DNA of 56,228 nt from a virus (lineage: Duplodnaviria; Caudoviricetes). A program made the translations under genes and the position numbers. The notes under the pieces were generated by a model. The model ran no database searches. It saw only the letters and a program-made list of their open reading frames with translations, and was not told the DNA's origin. Numbering within the stretch: the first letter of the stretch is position 1; the number at the start of each line of letters is the position of its first letter. Positions 9,855 through 16,938 of the stretch are shown here, one piece after another. The stretch covers positions 1 through 56,228 of IMG/VR virus record IMGVR_UViG_3300033076_000584; one strand, given 5' to 3'.

Positions 9855-9979
9855 TTCAGCTTGTCCAGAAACACGCGCAGGTCATAGGGAATACCCTCAT
9901 CCTCTACGGCCTTCTGAAACTTCTTGAGGTAGCTGTCGGGGATTTTGTTCCCGCCGTACCATGCTGGGCGTTTAGTCAT
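9851..9979 (-). CDS. Hypothetical protein (42 aa)
   Basis: Manual translation MTKRPAWYGGNKIPDSY...DKLK; overlaps both neighbours. Confidence 0.45.
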   Translation of the reverse strand: MTKRPAWYGGNKIPDSYLKKFQKAVEDEGIPYDLRVFLDKLK

Positions 9980-10172
9980 TTCTCTCTACCGCCTCCGCTC
10001 TGTAACTTTTCTCCATATAGAAGATAGTTCGGTCCACTTGGTCTTTAATGCTTTTCAGGCTTTTACAGACATCCATCATGCCTGATGTTTTGGCCTCTTT
10101 GATGGCTGCGCTTATACGCTTCTGAAGACGTATCGCAGCCCTTCCCTCTGCATCGGTAGATAATATGCTCAT
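9972..10172 (-). CDS. Hypothetical protein
   Basis: 66 aa ORF in the operon. Confidence 0.5.
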   Translation of the reverse strand: MSILSTDAEGRAAIRLQKRISAAIKEAKTSGMMDVCKSLKSIKDQVDRTIFYMEKSYRAEAVERND

Positions 10173-10182
10173 TTTGCTTCCC

Positions 10183-10413
10183 CTAAAGTTGCGTTGGCAG
10201 TGGATCGCCTTCAGATGTCGTCACGAGGTGCGTTTCGTCCTTGATCTTGTAGCCCACCTTCTCAAAGCCAATGAACATGGCGGCAACCGTGTACTTGCCC
10301 TCAGGCGTGCTTGCGTTGACCGAGGCAATGATGTCGCCAGTCTCTGGATGCACAAACTGGAGCTGCTCGGGCATCAAGATGTTGTCCCGGCAGATTAGGT
10401 CTGGCTTAATCAT
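10183..10413 (-). CDS. Hypothetical protein
   Basis: 76 aa ORF in the operon. Confidence 0.5.
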   Translation of the reverse strand: MIKPDLICRDNILMPEQLQFVHPETGDIIASVNASTPEGKYTVAAMFIGFEKVGYKIKDETHLVTTSEGDPLPTQL

Positions 10414-10415
10414 GT

Positions 10416-10736
10416 TTAGCGGCTTCCTTTGTAGTCCGCGCGTCGGCGCTCCAAGCTTTCCAGCTTCTTCATCGAGCTGGCAATAGTCTCGGCGTCAATC
10501 GTAACGTGGATGGCTTTGCCTTCTACGGAAAAATTCACTCCCTCTGCGCTGAACGCATCGAGCAACAAACCGCATTGAATGGCGTTTAAGTTCCCTTTCA
10601 GGATCTCAAACCGGCCCAACGATATTTTAGGAATACCGGTTCGAACACCCGCCTCAACTTGGTTCCAGTCAAGCGCGGCTCGGGCTATTCGGCTAAGCAC
10701 TGGCAGTGTTTGAATTATAGGTGCTATGTTGGTCAT
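10416..10736 (-). CDS. XRE-family HTH DNA-binding protein
   Basis: RIARAALDWNQVEAGVRTGIPKISLGRFE...AFSAEGVNF matches the alphaproteobacterial XRE pattern. Confidence 0.7.
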   Translation of the reverse strand: MTNIAPIIQTLPVLSRIARAALDWNQVEAGVRTGIPKISLGRFEILKGNLNAIQCGLLLDAFSAEGVNFSVEGKAIHVTIDAETIASSMKKLESLERRRADYKGSR

Positions 10737-10900
10737 TTTACCTCTCCCAAAGCTCTCTTAACCAAATGCAAGGCTATTGTTGCGCGCCCAACAAATTCTG
10801 GATGGCCGTTGTCTAAAGCCACTTCCTGATAGTCCCTCAAAGCGGGCAGGATGTCGCGCAGAACCGCCTCCAGATCTCCTATGCGCTCTTCTTTAGTCAT
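10733..10900 (-). CDS. Hypothetical protein (55 aa)
   Basis: Manual translation MTKEERIGDLEAVLRDIL...LGEVK. Confidence 0.45.
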   Translation of the reverse strand: MTKEERIGDLEAVLRDILPALRDYQEVALDNGHPEFVGRATIALHLVKRALGEVK

Positions 10901-11057
10901 ATTCTTTCCCAAACATCTCTTGGTTGGTGAGAAGCGTGTGCATCTTCATGCGCCGGGCCTCTCGGACCAGTGCGTAGTATTTGCGGCGCGCTCGATCTAA
11001 CTGGATCGGAAGCATCTTCTCCCGATACCGCAGGAATTTCTCTTGTTTCTCTGTCAT
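10893..11057 (-). CDS. Basic hypothetical protein
   Basis: Start probably MTEKQEKF. Confidence 0.5.
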   Translation of the reverse strand: MTEKQEKFLRYREKMLPIQLDRARRKYYALVREARRMKMHTLLTNQEMFGKEYD

Positions 11058-11099
11058 GATACGCAACTGGCTGTGGCCACCCGAAGGCAGCCACCCCAA

Positions 11100-11276
11100 T
11101 TATCCCCGGATGCTCAAGGGGCACACGCCGACGCCGATGTTCAGCACGGTGCCGTTTTGATATTGGCAGAACTGGTTGCCCCGCTCGATCCATTGACGGA
11201 CCAGAAAATACTGGATCTGCGCCAATGCAGGCGTGGCCGTTGCTGCCAATGCGATTGCGATAATTACCTTCTTCAT
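11100..11276 (-). CDS. Small secreted protein (58 aa, Sec signal peptide, 2 Cys)
   Basis: Not in track. SD AAGGAG; MKKVIIAIALAATATPALA|QIQYFLVRQWIERGNQFCQYQNGTVLNIGVGVCPLSIRG. Confidence 0.7.
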   Translation of the reverse strand: MKKVIIAIALAATATPALAQIQYFLVRQWIERGNQFCQYQNGTVLNIGVGVCPLSIRG

Positions 11277-11497
11277 TTCACTGCTCCTTTGTTAGTACGC
11301 TCCCACAAACGGTCGAGAACAACGGAATAAGGCTCGTTCTCCTCATCCCAGTCGTTCTCTTCAATGTGGTCCATCAGGTCGAAGAAATCGCCCTCTTCAT
11401 CGCCAAATGCGAAGTTGCGGACCTCATTGGTGATATGATTGACGAACGTGGCACCCTTGGGGCCGCTGTCGATGCTGTAGTTTTCAAAGCGGATCAT
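11273..11497 (-). CDS. Acidic early hypothetical protein
   Basis: 74 aa, D/E-rich; first gene after cassette C. Confidence 0.65.
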   Translation of the reverse strand: MIRFENYSIDSGPKGATFVNHITNEVRNFAFGDEEGDFFDLMDHIEENDWDEENEPYSVVLDRLWERTNKGAVK

Positions 11498-11563
11498 GCT
11501 ACCTCCTGTGGGCCACCGGCCCTGTTGATCTTTTTACTCTACAATTATCTCGTCACTTTGCAA
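11498..11563 (-). promoter_or_regulatory. Early promoter + leader hairpin-RBS cassette, copy C
   Basis: TTGCAA-16-TAGAGT, GATCAACA-GGGCC-GGT-GGCCC-AC-AGGAGGT-AGC-ATG. Confidence 0.7.
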
Positions 11564-11719
11564 GGGGATATTTACATCTTTCATCTCACCCCGGACAAGT
11601 TCGCCCTTATCCCACTGGCCCGACATGATGCCCCGCTGCACAACTTCGCTAAAGGGCCTACCCTCAATCTCGCGTCGGTTGATTAGCTTCCGCCGAGCTG
11701 CCTCAATGTCTTGGCTCAT
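11534..11719 (-). CDS. Hypothetical protein
   Basis: Probable start MSQDIEAARR. Confidence 0.5.
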   Translation of the reverse strand: MSQDIEAARRKLINRREIEGRPFSEVVQRGIMSGQWDKGELVRGEMKDVNIPLQSDEIIVE

Positions 11720-11898
11720 TGCACTGTGTCCATCTCGTCTGGTCTGGTAATGATGATGGCCCACTTGCCATCGCAAAAAGGGACTGTGAGGTGAAGGTGT
11801 CCCTCAATGAAGGCCATCTCATCCCACATCTCTGTCTCGGCATCTTCCAGCCGGGATATGAACTCGAAGATCACCTCACCTAGTTGCGTAGGCGTCAT
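11716..11898 (-). CDS. Hypothetical protein
   Basis: Probable start MTPTQLGE. Confidence 0.5.
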   Translation of the reverse strand: MTPTQLGEVIFEFISRLEDAETEMWDEMAFIEGHLHLTVPFCDGKWAIIITRPDEMDTVQ

Positions 11899-12073
11899 AG
11901 GCGTACCTTTCCTCGATGTAGTCGGCCACATGCTCAATCAACTGGCAATTGGCTTCAGTCGCCTTCAAATCAATCGTAGGCACGTCCATCGCCTTGCAGA
12001 TCGCCATGTGCGCCTCATCACGTAGATCAGCCACGATGCGAGACACTAACTCTAAATCAGAGTGCTTCCCCAC
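11876..12073 (-). CDS. Hypothetical protein
   Basis: ORF in the operon; start uncertain. Confidence 0.45.
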   Translation of the reverse strand: MGKHSDLELVSRIVADLRDEAHMAICKAMDVPTIDLKATEANCQLIEHVADYIEERYAYDAYATR

Positions 12074-12342
12074 AGGACCGATACCCTTCCGTTTGAGCTT
12101 TGAGCTCGTTTATATCCAACCGCCTCAACAATCTCCGCTTTTTCCGCAGATTTTGCAATATGCCCCCATGCCCTCTGATCGGGCGCAACGGGCAACGTTG
12201 GGTTGGCCTTGCGAACTTCCTCAGTCGTGAACGTCTTATGCTCTCGAGCGTACTGCACAAAGGCTTGAAAGGCCGCAGCCTTCCATTCATCCCCTGCGTG
12301 ATCTGCTGCCTGCTTGGCGCGCTCTAATCCAATCTCAATCAT
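12052..12342 (-). CDS. Conserved phage hypothetical protein (possibly winged helix)
   Basis: FTTEEVR...P.DQRAWG......GY...W.S pattern; SD GAGGGGG. Confidence 0.6.
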   Translation of the reverse strand: MIEIGLERAKQAADHAGDEWKAAAFQAFVQYAREHKTFTTEEVRKANPTLPVAPDQRAWGHIAKSAEKAEIVEAVGYKRAQSSNGRVSVLWGSTLI

Positions 12343-12352
12343 ATTACCCCCC

Positions 12353-12718
12353 TCAATACGACGTGTCGTCGCAAACCATGTCCAGAATGCCGTCCATGAT
12401 GCTGTCAGGCGTTGCCAGCTTCCACTTAGGCTGATCGGCCGTCAGATCGCTCGAGCTGCCGTCTGGCTCGTAATACACCACCTTGGCCTCGTAGTAAGTT
12501 TTGACCGAGCAACGCACGGCGATGAAGCTTGTGGCCCAGCTACCGCTATCAAGGTTCAGCCTGACCCATGCGGTCTTGCCGGTCTTACTGGTCCTGATGC
12601 TGCTCACATCGACCCAGCCGGTGGTTCTTTCGTCTTTGCTCTCAGCGGCCTTGCGCCATGTTGCAGCGGCCGCCTCTGTTGGCACCAATAGTGCCAGCGC
12701 CAGTAATAGCTTTTTCAT
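12353..12718 (-). CDS. Secreted protein, surface-adhesin E-like
   Basis: Signal peptide MKKLLLALALLVPTEAAA; W....vD..SI...aWv...C...W....PDS......vC pattern. Confidence 0.65.
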   Translation of the reverse strand: MKKLLLALALLVPTEAAAATWRKAAESKDERTTGWVDVSSIRTSKTGKTAWVRLNLDSGSWATSFIAVRCSVKTYYEAKVVYYEPDGSSSDLTADQPKWKLATPDSIMDGILDMVCDDTSY

Positions 12719-12924
12719 TTGATCAATCCCAAATATGTGCTGTTCGGTGACAGCCCCGCATAAACCTTGGCCTCTTCCTGCTCGTATATCGTCATGCGGC
12801 GATACACTTTGCCGGTTTCCAAAATGGCTTTGCAGAGCGCCTTCGAACCGTCCTCAAGCTTGCGACGCCGGGCCTGTAGGTTTTGGTCCTGCTTGAAGAA
12901 CTCATCGCAGCGGTCACTAACCAT
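12715..12924 (-). CDS. Hypothetical protein
   Basis: 69 aa ORF in the operon. Confidence 0.5.
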   Translation of the reverse strand: MVSDRCDEFFKQDQNLQARRRKLEDGSKALCKAILETGKVYRRMTIYEQEEAKVYAGLSPNSTYLGLIK

Positions 12925-13093
12925 CTTTCAGCACCCGCATCGACTTCTTGAACCGGCCCTTTTCATCTCGGTCGGTCAGGGTCTCGTACTCTTCTTGCAG
13001 CGCCTTGAGCTTGTTGGTGGGCCCAATGCCCCCAAGGAACCAGCCAGCGGCAAAGAACACGATGGCGACACCGCCAATAATCAATTCGTTCAT
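12917..13093 (-). CDS. Small single-pass membrane protein (58 aa)
   Basis: Manual translation MNELIIGGVAIVFFAAGWFLGG...LTDRDEKGRFKKS... Confidence 0.6.
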   Translation of the reverse strand: MNELIIGGVAIVFFAAGWFLGGIGPTNKLKALQEEYETLTDRDEKGRFKKSMRVLKDG

Positions 13094-13287
13094 GCGACTT
13101 TCCTTCCCATACGTTCCCCTGCACGTTGGCGCAGGCTTTCAACTCTCGTTCCCCGGCAGCCAGATGCCATGTCATATTCGCGGCACAGGCTCGTCAGCTC
13201 ACGCTCCAAGGTAGCCATCTCAGTCTTGAGACGGTCGTATTTGGTAAAGGCTTTAGAAGCCCTCTTCAAAATATCGTTCACCCTCAT
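13090..13287 (-). CDS. Hypothetical coiled-coil protein
   Basis: Start MRVNDILK after SD GAGGAG. Confidence 0.55.
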   Translation of the reverse strand: MRVNDILKRASKAFTKYDRLKTEMATLERELTSLCREYDMASGCRGTRVESLRQRAGERMGRKVA

Positions 13288-13498
13288 TCTCCTCAAACAT
13301 ATCATCTTCGACCCAGACGAACCCGGCGAGCATGGCTTCGACAGCCACCGAGATCGGGCCAGAGACCGCAATCTCGCCGCTCTCGATACGCCGGATCATC
13401 CGGTAACCATTTGTGGTGGACAGGCGCAGGGCGTCGGCCATCTGGCGAACCGTCATGCCGAGCTGTTTGCGCGCTGCCTTGAACTCTTCAGATGTCAT
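13253..13498 (-). CDS. XRE/Cro-like HTH protein
   Basis: MTSEEFKAARKQLGMTVRQMADAL...IRRIESGE..VSGP. Confidence 0.8.
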   Translation of the reverse strand: MTSEEFKAARKQLGMTVRQMADALRLSTTNGYRMIRRIESGEIAVSGPISVAVEAMLAGFVWVEDDMFEENEGERYFEEGF

Positions 13499-13893
13499 GC
13501 AATCAACTCAATCAAAAAACTAACGCTGAACACGATGGCAGCGGTTACCAGCACCGTTGCAGCAAATTTCACGTAAGAGAACGGCTCTTGCGGCATCTGG
13601 ATGATGATCGGCTCTGCCTGCTTCCGAGGCTGGCGGGGCTGCTGTATCTTACGCGGCTTACGCTCCTGTTTTTTTTGGCCTTCCAAGGCGTCAGCAAGCG
13701 CACTTGCCAGTGCAGCATTACGGATGTTCTCAGCGCGCTTCAGGCCGATGTTGTGGACCCTTGCGGCAATGTCAGCCGGATCTGCGTCAACCAGATCACC
13801 AACGGTCTTAAAACCAGCCTCTACGAGCTCTGCGCGCAGCTTGCTCTTGATGGCCAGAGATACGGGTTTGTCTTTCCAATCGTACATGTTCAT
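13495..13893 (-). CDS. HhH / RNAP alpha-CTD-like domain with C-terminal transmembrane helix
   Basis: L.EAGFKTVGDLV.ADPADIA..VHNIGLKRAENI; hydrophobic tail FAATVLVTAAIVFSVSFLIELI. Confidence 0.55.
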   Translation of the reverse strand: MNMYDWKDKPVSLAIKSKLRAELVEAGFKTVGDLVDADPADIAARVHNIGLKRAENIRNAALASALADALEGQKKQERKPRKIQQPRQPRKQAEPIIIQMPQEPFSYVKFAATVLVTAAIVFSVSFLIELIA

Positions 13894-14081
13894 GCTCCCA
13901 GTTTAATTACGTCGTATTGAATAGCGCGGCCATTATGCAGCTTGCCGCGATCCGCAGCCTCCAGCTCCATGGCGAGGCACACGGCGTCAGACCAAGTCTC
14001 GCTATGCGCAACGGTGGCAATCCACTCGGTGCGGCCATTGATGTCTTGGGCTGTGTGCTTGATGATTTCGAACTTAATCAT
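13890..14081 (-). CDS. Hypothetical protein
   Basis: 63 aa, SD GGAGG. Confidence 0.55.
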   Translation of the reverse strand: MIKFEIIKHTAQDINGRTEWIATVAHSETWSDAVCLAMELEAADRGKLHNGRAIQYDVIKLGA

Positions 14082-14084
14082 GGC

Positions 14085-14324
14085 TCAGGCCTCCAGTCCG
14101 CGCTGAGAAAGGATGCCGTCGATTTCGAAAAAAGCCAGACCGGCCTGATTGGCCCACTCCGATGGCGACCATGTGTTGGTGTACGGAACATACACGTTCA
14201 CGGTCTCGTAGATGTTACGCTCCGGCTTGAAGTAGATGAAATAGTGATAGCCTTCACCGCGAACGATTTCGAGCGGGATGCCAGCCTTGTCGATTGCGGC
14301 CTGTGCTTGGCGGATCGTCGTCAT
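14085..14324 (-). CDS. Early hypothetical protein (79 aa)
   Basis: Start MTTIRQAQ after cassette D; lEIVRGEGYHYF motif. Confidence 0.65.
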   Translation of the reverse strand: MTTIRQAQAAIDKAGIPLEIVRGEGYHYFIYFKPERNIYETVNVYVPYTNTWSPSEWANQAGLAFFEIDGILSQRGLEA

Positions 14325-14412
14325 GTCAGTCTCCTTGTTGTGGGCACCAATGCCCTCTGACAAAACCCCCTCTAAGCGCATTAAATACCGGGGTCAATAA
14401 CTTTTTTTACGC
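14325..14412 (-). promoter_or_regulatory. Early promoter + leader hairpin-RBS cassette, copy D
   Basis: A-tract, TTGACC-17-TAGAGG, TGTCAGA-GGGCA-TTGG-TGCCC-AC-AACAAGGAG-ACTGAC-ATG. Confidence 0.75.
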
Positions 14413-14426
14413 ACAGTGTGAAACAG

Positions 14427-14582
14427 CTAGGTACGGCCAGACACGTCCAGAGACGGTTGGTAGCGAACGATGTCCCAATCACTCTCAAAGTCGAAAGGCT
14501 TCCACCGCCACTTTGCCGGATCTTGATTGCGGCGCGTCTGTCCGTTGCGGAACAGAATATCCACTTTCTCAAGATCCGGCAT
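14427..14582 (-). CDS. Hypothetical protein (about 51 aa)
   Basis: Manual translation MPDLEKVDILFRNGQTRRNQDPAKWRWKPFDFESDWDIVRYQ... Confidence 0.5.
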   Translation of the reverse strand: MPDLEKVDILFRNGQTRRNQDPAKWRWKPFDFESDWDIVRYQPSLDVSGRT

Positions 14583-14592
14583 TCGCCCCCTG

Positions 14593-14898
14593 TTAACCGG
14601 CAAGGTCTTCCTCTTTCACAAACACGCCGTTGATCATACGGCCCTTGCGGTCCTTGATCTCGTTCCATGCGTTGGCGATGCACTGCTCAATTGGCACGTT
14701 CTGCTGAGCGGCCAAGATGGTCAGGACGACGAAGGCATCCCCGATGCTGTCCTCGAACTGATCTTTCTTGTTCTTGGCAATGGCCTCGGCCAGCTCCCCG
14801 ATCTCTTCGATCAGCTTGACGAACTGGGCCTGCGGTGTGCTGCCGAGGATGAGGTTGCGGGCGTCGGCCCACTCACGAATGCGTTCTGCGTACACCAT
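14593..14898 (-). CDS. mazG: MazG-like NTP pyrophosphohydrolase
   Basis: KLIEEIGELAEAI...EDSIGDAFVVL (EExGE...D.IGD) and AWNEIKDRKGRMINGVFVKE. Confidence 0.88.
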   Translation of the reverse strand: MVYAERIREWADARNLILGSTPQAQFVKLIEEIGELAEAIAKNKKDQFEDSIGDAFVVLTILAAQQNVPIEQCIANAWNEIKDRKGRMINGVFVKEEDLAG

Positions 14899-15086
14899 TA
14901 TGCGCTCCGATCTACAAAATGAGAGAAAGACCCGTCCGAGTTTTCCCGGCGGTTCACGAAATAGGGGCGGCCGCTGGCGATCACCCAGTTAAGCTTGTTA
15001 AGTTGAGCGCAGTGGTTTTGCAGGGCGTCGATCCCGTAGCGGGCCGGAGAAGCCTGCTCGCGGCTCTTTCGTAGCGTATCAGTCAT
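14898..15086 (-). CDS. Hypothetical protein downstream of the initiator
   Basis: Start MTDTLRKS, overlapping the initiator stop. Confidence 0.5.
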   Translation of the reverse strand: MTDTLRKSREQASPARYGIDALQNHCAQLNKLNWVIASGRPYFVNRRENSDGSFSHFVDRSA

Positions 15087-15822
15087 TATAATTTCCTTCG
15101 AGTATCTTCTGAAAATTGGCCTTCTTGAAGACCCAATCGAACGTGCAGCCCTTCCAGCCGTGATCACCCCGCAAGAAGGGGCTCATCTCGATGTTGTTGA
15201 ACACGGTCACAAAATCTTCGGTGTTGTATTGCTTGATGCGAGAGTTGATTAGCTGCCGACGCTCGGGCGTCAGGTCACGCACCCTCGGCCTACCAAGCTT
15301 GTCAGCAACAAGGTTCCATTCCCTAAAAACCTCATCAGCCTTGATCCGCTCTTCCTGCGTGTCTGAAACATCTGTTTCAGGCATACTCTCGTTAGAGAGT
15401 ATATCTTGGTTAATGGTTAATGGTTTATGGTTATTGGTTAGGGTTACGACCGGGTTGCCACTGGCATCCGACTGGAAACCCACTGGGTTTTCTTTGGGCT
15501 TCTTACCCACGGATTTTGGCCGTCCACCACGCTTGCCGTTCTCACGGTTGCGCTGCGCGCTCTTGTGGTAATCGGCAATGTCTGCCTCACAGCGAGCGTG
15601 TTTCCACCCGTCTTCGGTGCGCTCAAACATGTCTTGCAAGACGATCTCAACCACTTCGGCAGCCACCCGTATCCGTCTCGCAACCCACTGGGTTTCCAAC
15701 GGGATAGGGGCCTCGTTCTCGTAGTACATGTCGATCAGCCGACGGTAGGCCAGATCCTCTTCATTCGAGAGGTGGCGCGTCGAGCGGGCGTAATCGCCTA
15801 TATTGAATTTATAGTAGTGCAT
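15079..15822 (-). CDS. Replication initiator protein (YdaU/DUF1376 N-terminal domain)
   Basis: MHYYKFNIGDY...HLS.EEDLAYRRLIDMYY..E.PIP; ENGKRGGRPK linker; C-terminal FDWVFK.ANFQKILEGNY; start ATG 15822 with SD GGAGG. Confidence 0.85.
   Translation of the reverse strand: MHYYKFNIGDYARSTRHLSNEEDLAYRRLIDMYYENEAPIPLETQWVARRIRVAAEVVEIVLQDMFERTEDGWKHARCEADIADYHKSAQRNRENGKRGGRPKSVGKKPKENPVGFQSDASGNPVVTLTNNHKPLTINQDILSNESMPETDVSDTQEERIKADEVFREWNLVADKLGRPRVRDLTPERRQLINSRIKQYNTEDFVTVFNNIEMSPFLRGDHGWKGCTFDWVFKKANFQKILEGNYND
15405..15697. repeat. Candidate replication origin inside the initiator gene
   Basis: AT-rich TGGTT(A/T) tandem run at about 15407-15446; palindromic AACCCACTGGGTT at 15477-15489 and 15682-15694. 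Confidence 0.55.
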
Positions 15823-15823
15823 G

Positions 15824-15871
15824 TCAGCCTCCGTATTGCACACGGAGAGACAGCGGGGTATAAAAAGACAT
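15824..15871 (-). CDS. Putative leader peptide (15 aa) coupled to the replication initiator
   Basis: SD GAGGAGG, ATG 15871, MSFYTPLSLRVQYGG*; its TGA is 1 nt before the initiator ATG. Confidence 0.6.
   Translation of the reverse strand: MSFYTPLSLRVQYGG
15836..15864 (+). promoter_or_regulatory. Antisense sigma70 promoter
   Basis: TTGCAC-17 nt-TATAAA, pointing against the operon. Confidence 0.7.
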
Positions 15872-15940
15872 AACGTTGCCTCCTCTACAGGCGATGTTGG
15901 GGTGAGGCCGCCGCGAACCCGGTCTCACCCCCAAAACCTA
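15870..15940 (+). ncRNA. Putative counter-transcribed antisense RNA (about 70 nt)
   Basis: Two hairpins: AACGTTGCC/GGCGATGTT with CCTCCT at the loop, and GGGGTGAGGCCG/CGGTCTCACCCC; complementary to the leader-peptide SD and start. Confidence 0.55.
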
Positions 15941-15942
15941 AC

Positions 15943-16296
15943 TCATTGATAGATTGATCGCAAGTCATCATATTTGACTTTGGATTTTGGCCGCAAACCA
16001 AGGTAATGCTTGACGCTGGTCAGGTCCATTTTCATGATGTGAGCGATGTCCTGCGCGGTGTGGCGGTGCTTGAAATGCAGGGTCCGCACAAAGTCGGCTC
16101 GAGCCTCAACGCACTGCTTATCTCGGCCGTTGCCAAAGATATGGCGAGGCATCACGTTGTGCCGGTCGCACACCTCATCCGCAATCGGACGAAGCTGGGC
16201 GGGCACTTCCACCTCTTTTGGCACGATGATCGGCATCTTTAGGAACTCTTCCAGCGTCATTCTCCGACGTGGCAGGTTTTTGGTCATGCGTATCAT
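15943..16296 (-). CDS. DnaA C-terminal (domain IV)-like HTH protein
   Basis: I..EVC....V....I.G..R....V.AR........IA..M..D.TSV.H pattern. Confidence 0.7.
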   Translation of the reverse strand: MIRMTKNLPRRRMTLEEFLKMPIIVPKEVEVPAQLRPIADEVCDRHNVMPRHIFGNGRDKQCVEARADFVRTLHFKHRHTAQDIAHIMKMDLTSVKHYLGLRPKSKVKYDDLRSIYQ

Positions 16297-16629
16297 TCAG
16301 CTCTCCACAAAGGTTATGTGGGGAAAGAGCGCTTTGAAGATGGCCTTGCGCAGGGTGTACTCGGCTGTCTTGAAGCCCTTCACATCCTCGACCACGTTCT
16401 TGTCCCCCTCGAAATACTGAAAATCTGGCTTCATCCCTACCCGGCGGCCATTGTCGTGCTTGATCTGCACCCCGTTGATCTGGAACCAGAACTGCGGCTG
16501 CACCACCAGATGGGTGATGTGACCCGCCCGCTCGAGCATATGCAGATCGTTGCAGCGCTTGGCCTCCTTGATGCTGTCATGGGTGTGACCATGCAGGCAT
16601 TGGGATTTCTTCGCCCCGTACTTACTCAC
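16297..16629 (-). CDS. DUF1064-family PD-(D/E)xK nuclease
   Basis: SKYGAKK...DSIKEAKR..L..L...G.I..L..QP.F...PDF.Y......VEDVKG. Confidence 0.85.
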   Translation of the reverse strand: MSKYGAKKSQCLHGHTHDSIKEAKRCNDLHMLERAGHITHLVVQPQFWFQINGVQIKHDNGRRVGMKPDFQYFEGDKNVVEDVKGFKTAEYTLRKAIFKALFPHITFVES

Positions 16630-16819
16630 TGATCATGTCATCCAGCACGCGACGCACATGGACGTACATTGCAAGGGTCGGTGACTGCTTGCCGGTGCGC
16701 CAGTTGCTCAGCACGTTTGCACCAATCTCAGCCCTGCGGGCGAGCTGGTATGCCCGGATGTTGTGCATTGCCATATCGGCATAAAGCTTGTTGATCAGAT
16801 GCTTTACATCATCGCTCAT
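16622..16819 (-). CDS. Cro-like XRE HTH regulator
   Basis: LARRAEIGANVLSNWRTGKQSPTL; first gene of the leftward operon, SD AAGGAG. Confidence 0.75.
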   Translation of the reverse strand: MSDDVKHLINKLYADMAMHNIRAYQLARRAEIGANVLSNWRTGKQSPTLAMYVHVRRVLDDMISE

Positions 16820-16841
16820 GGTTTTCTCCTTTTCACGGCGG

Positions 16842-16905
16842 CGTATACATCGTTTTACACCCAATGCAATTTTTTTATTGACCTTGGGGTTGGCGCTGCT
16901 ATGGT
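16842..16905. promoter_or_regulatory. Back-to-back divergent promoters
   Basis: Minus strand TTGCAT-16-TATACG; plus strand TTGACC-16-(TGC)TATGGT; shared A/T tract between them. Confidence 0.65.
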
Positions 16906-16938
16906 GCAGCCCTCAAACAAATAGAACTGGAGACCGTT

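Noticed and set aside
16622-16938. Lambda-type cI/cro lysogeny switch
   Set aside because: Only a Cro-like gene on one side; the divergent gene is ERF; no S24-peptidase repressor, integrase or ParA seen
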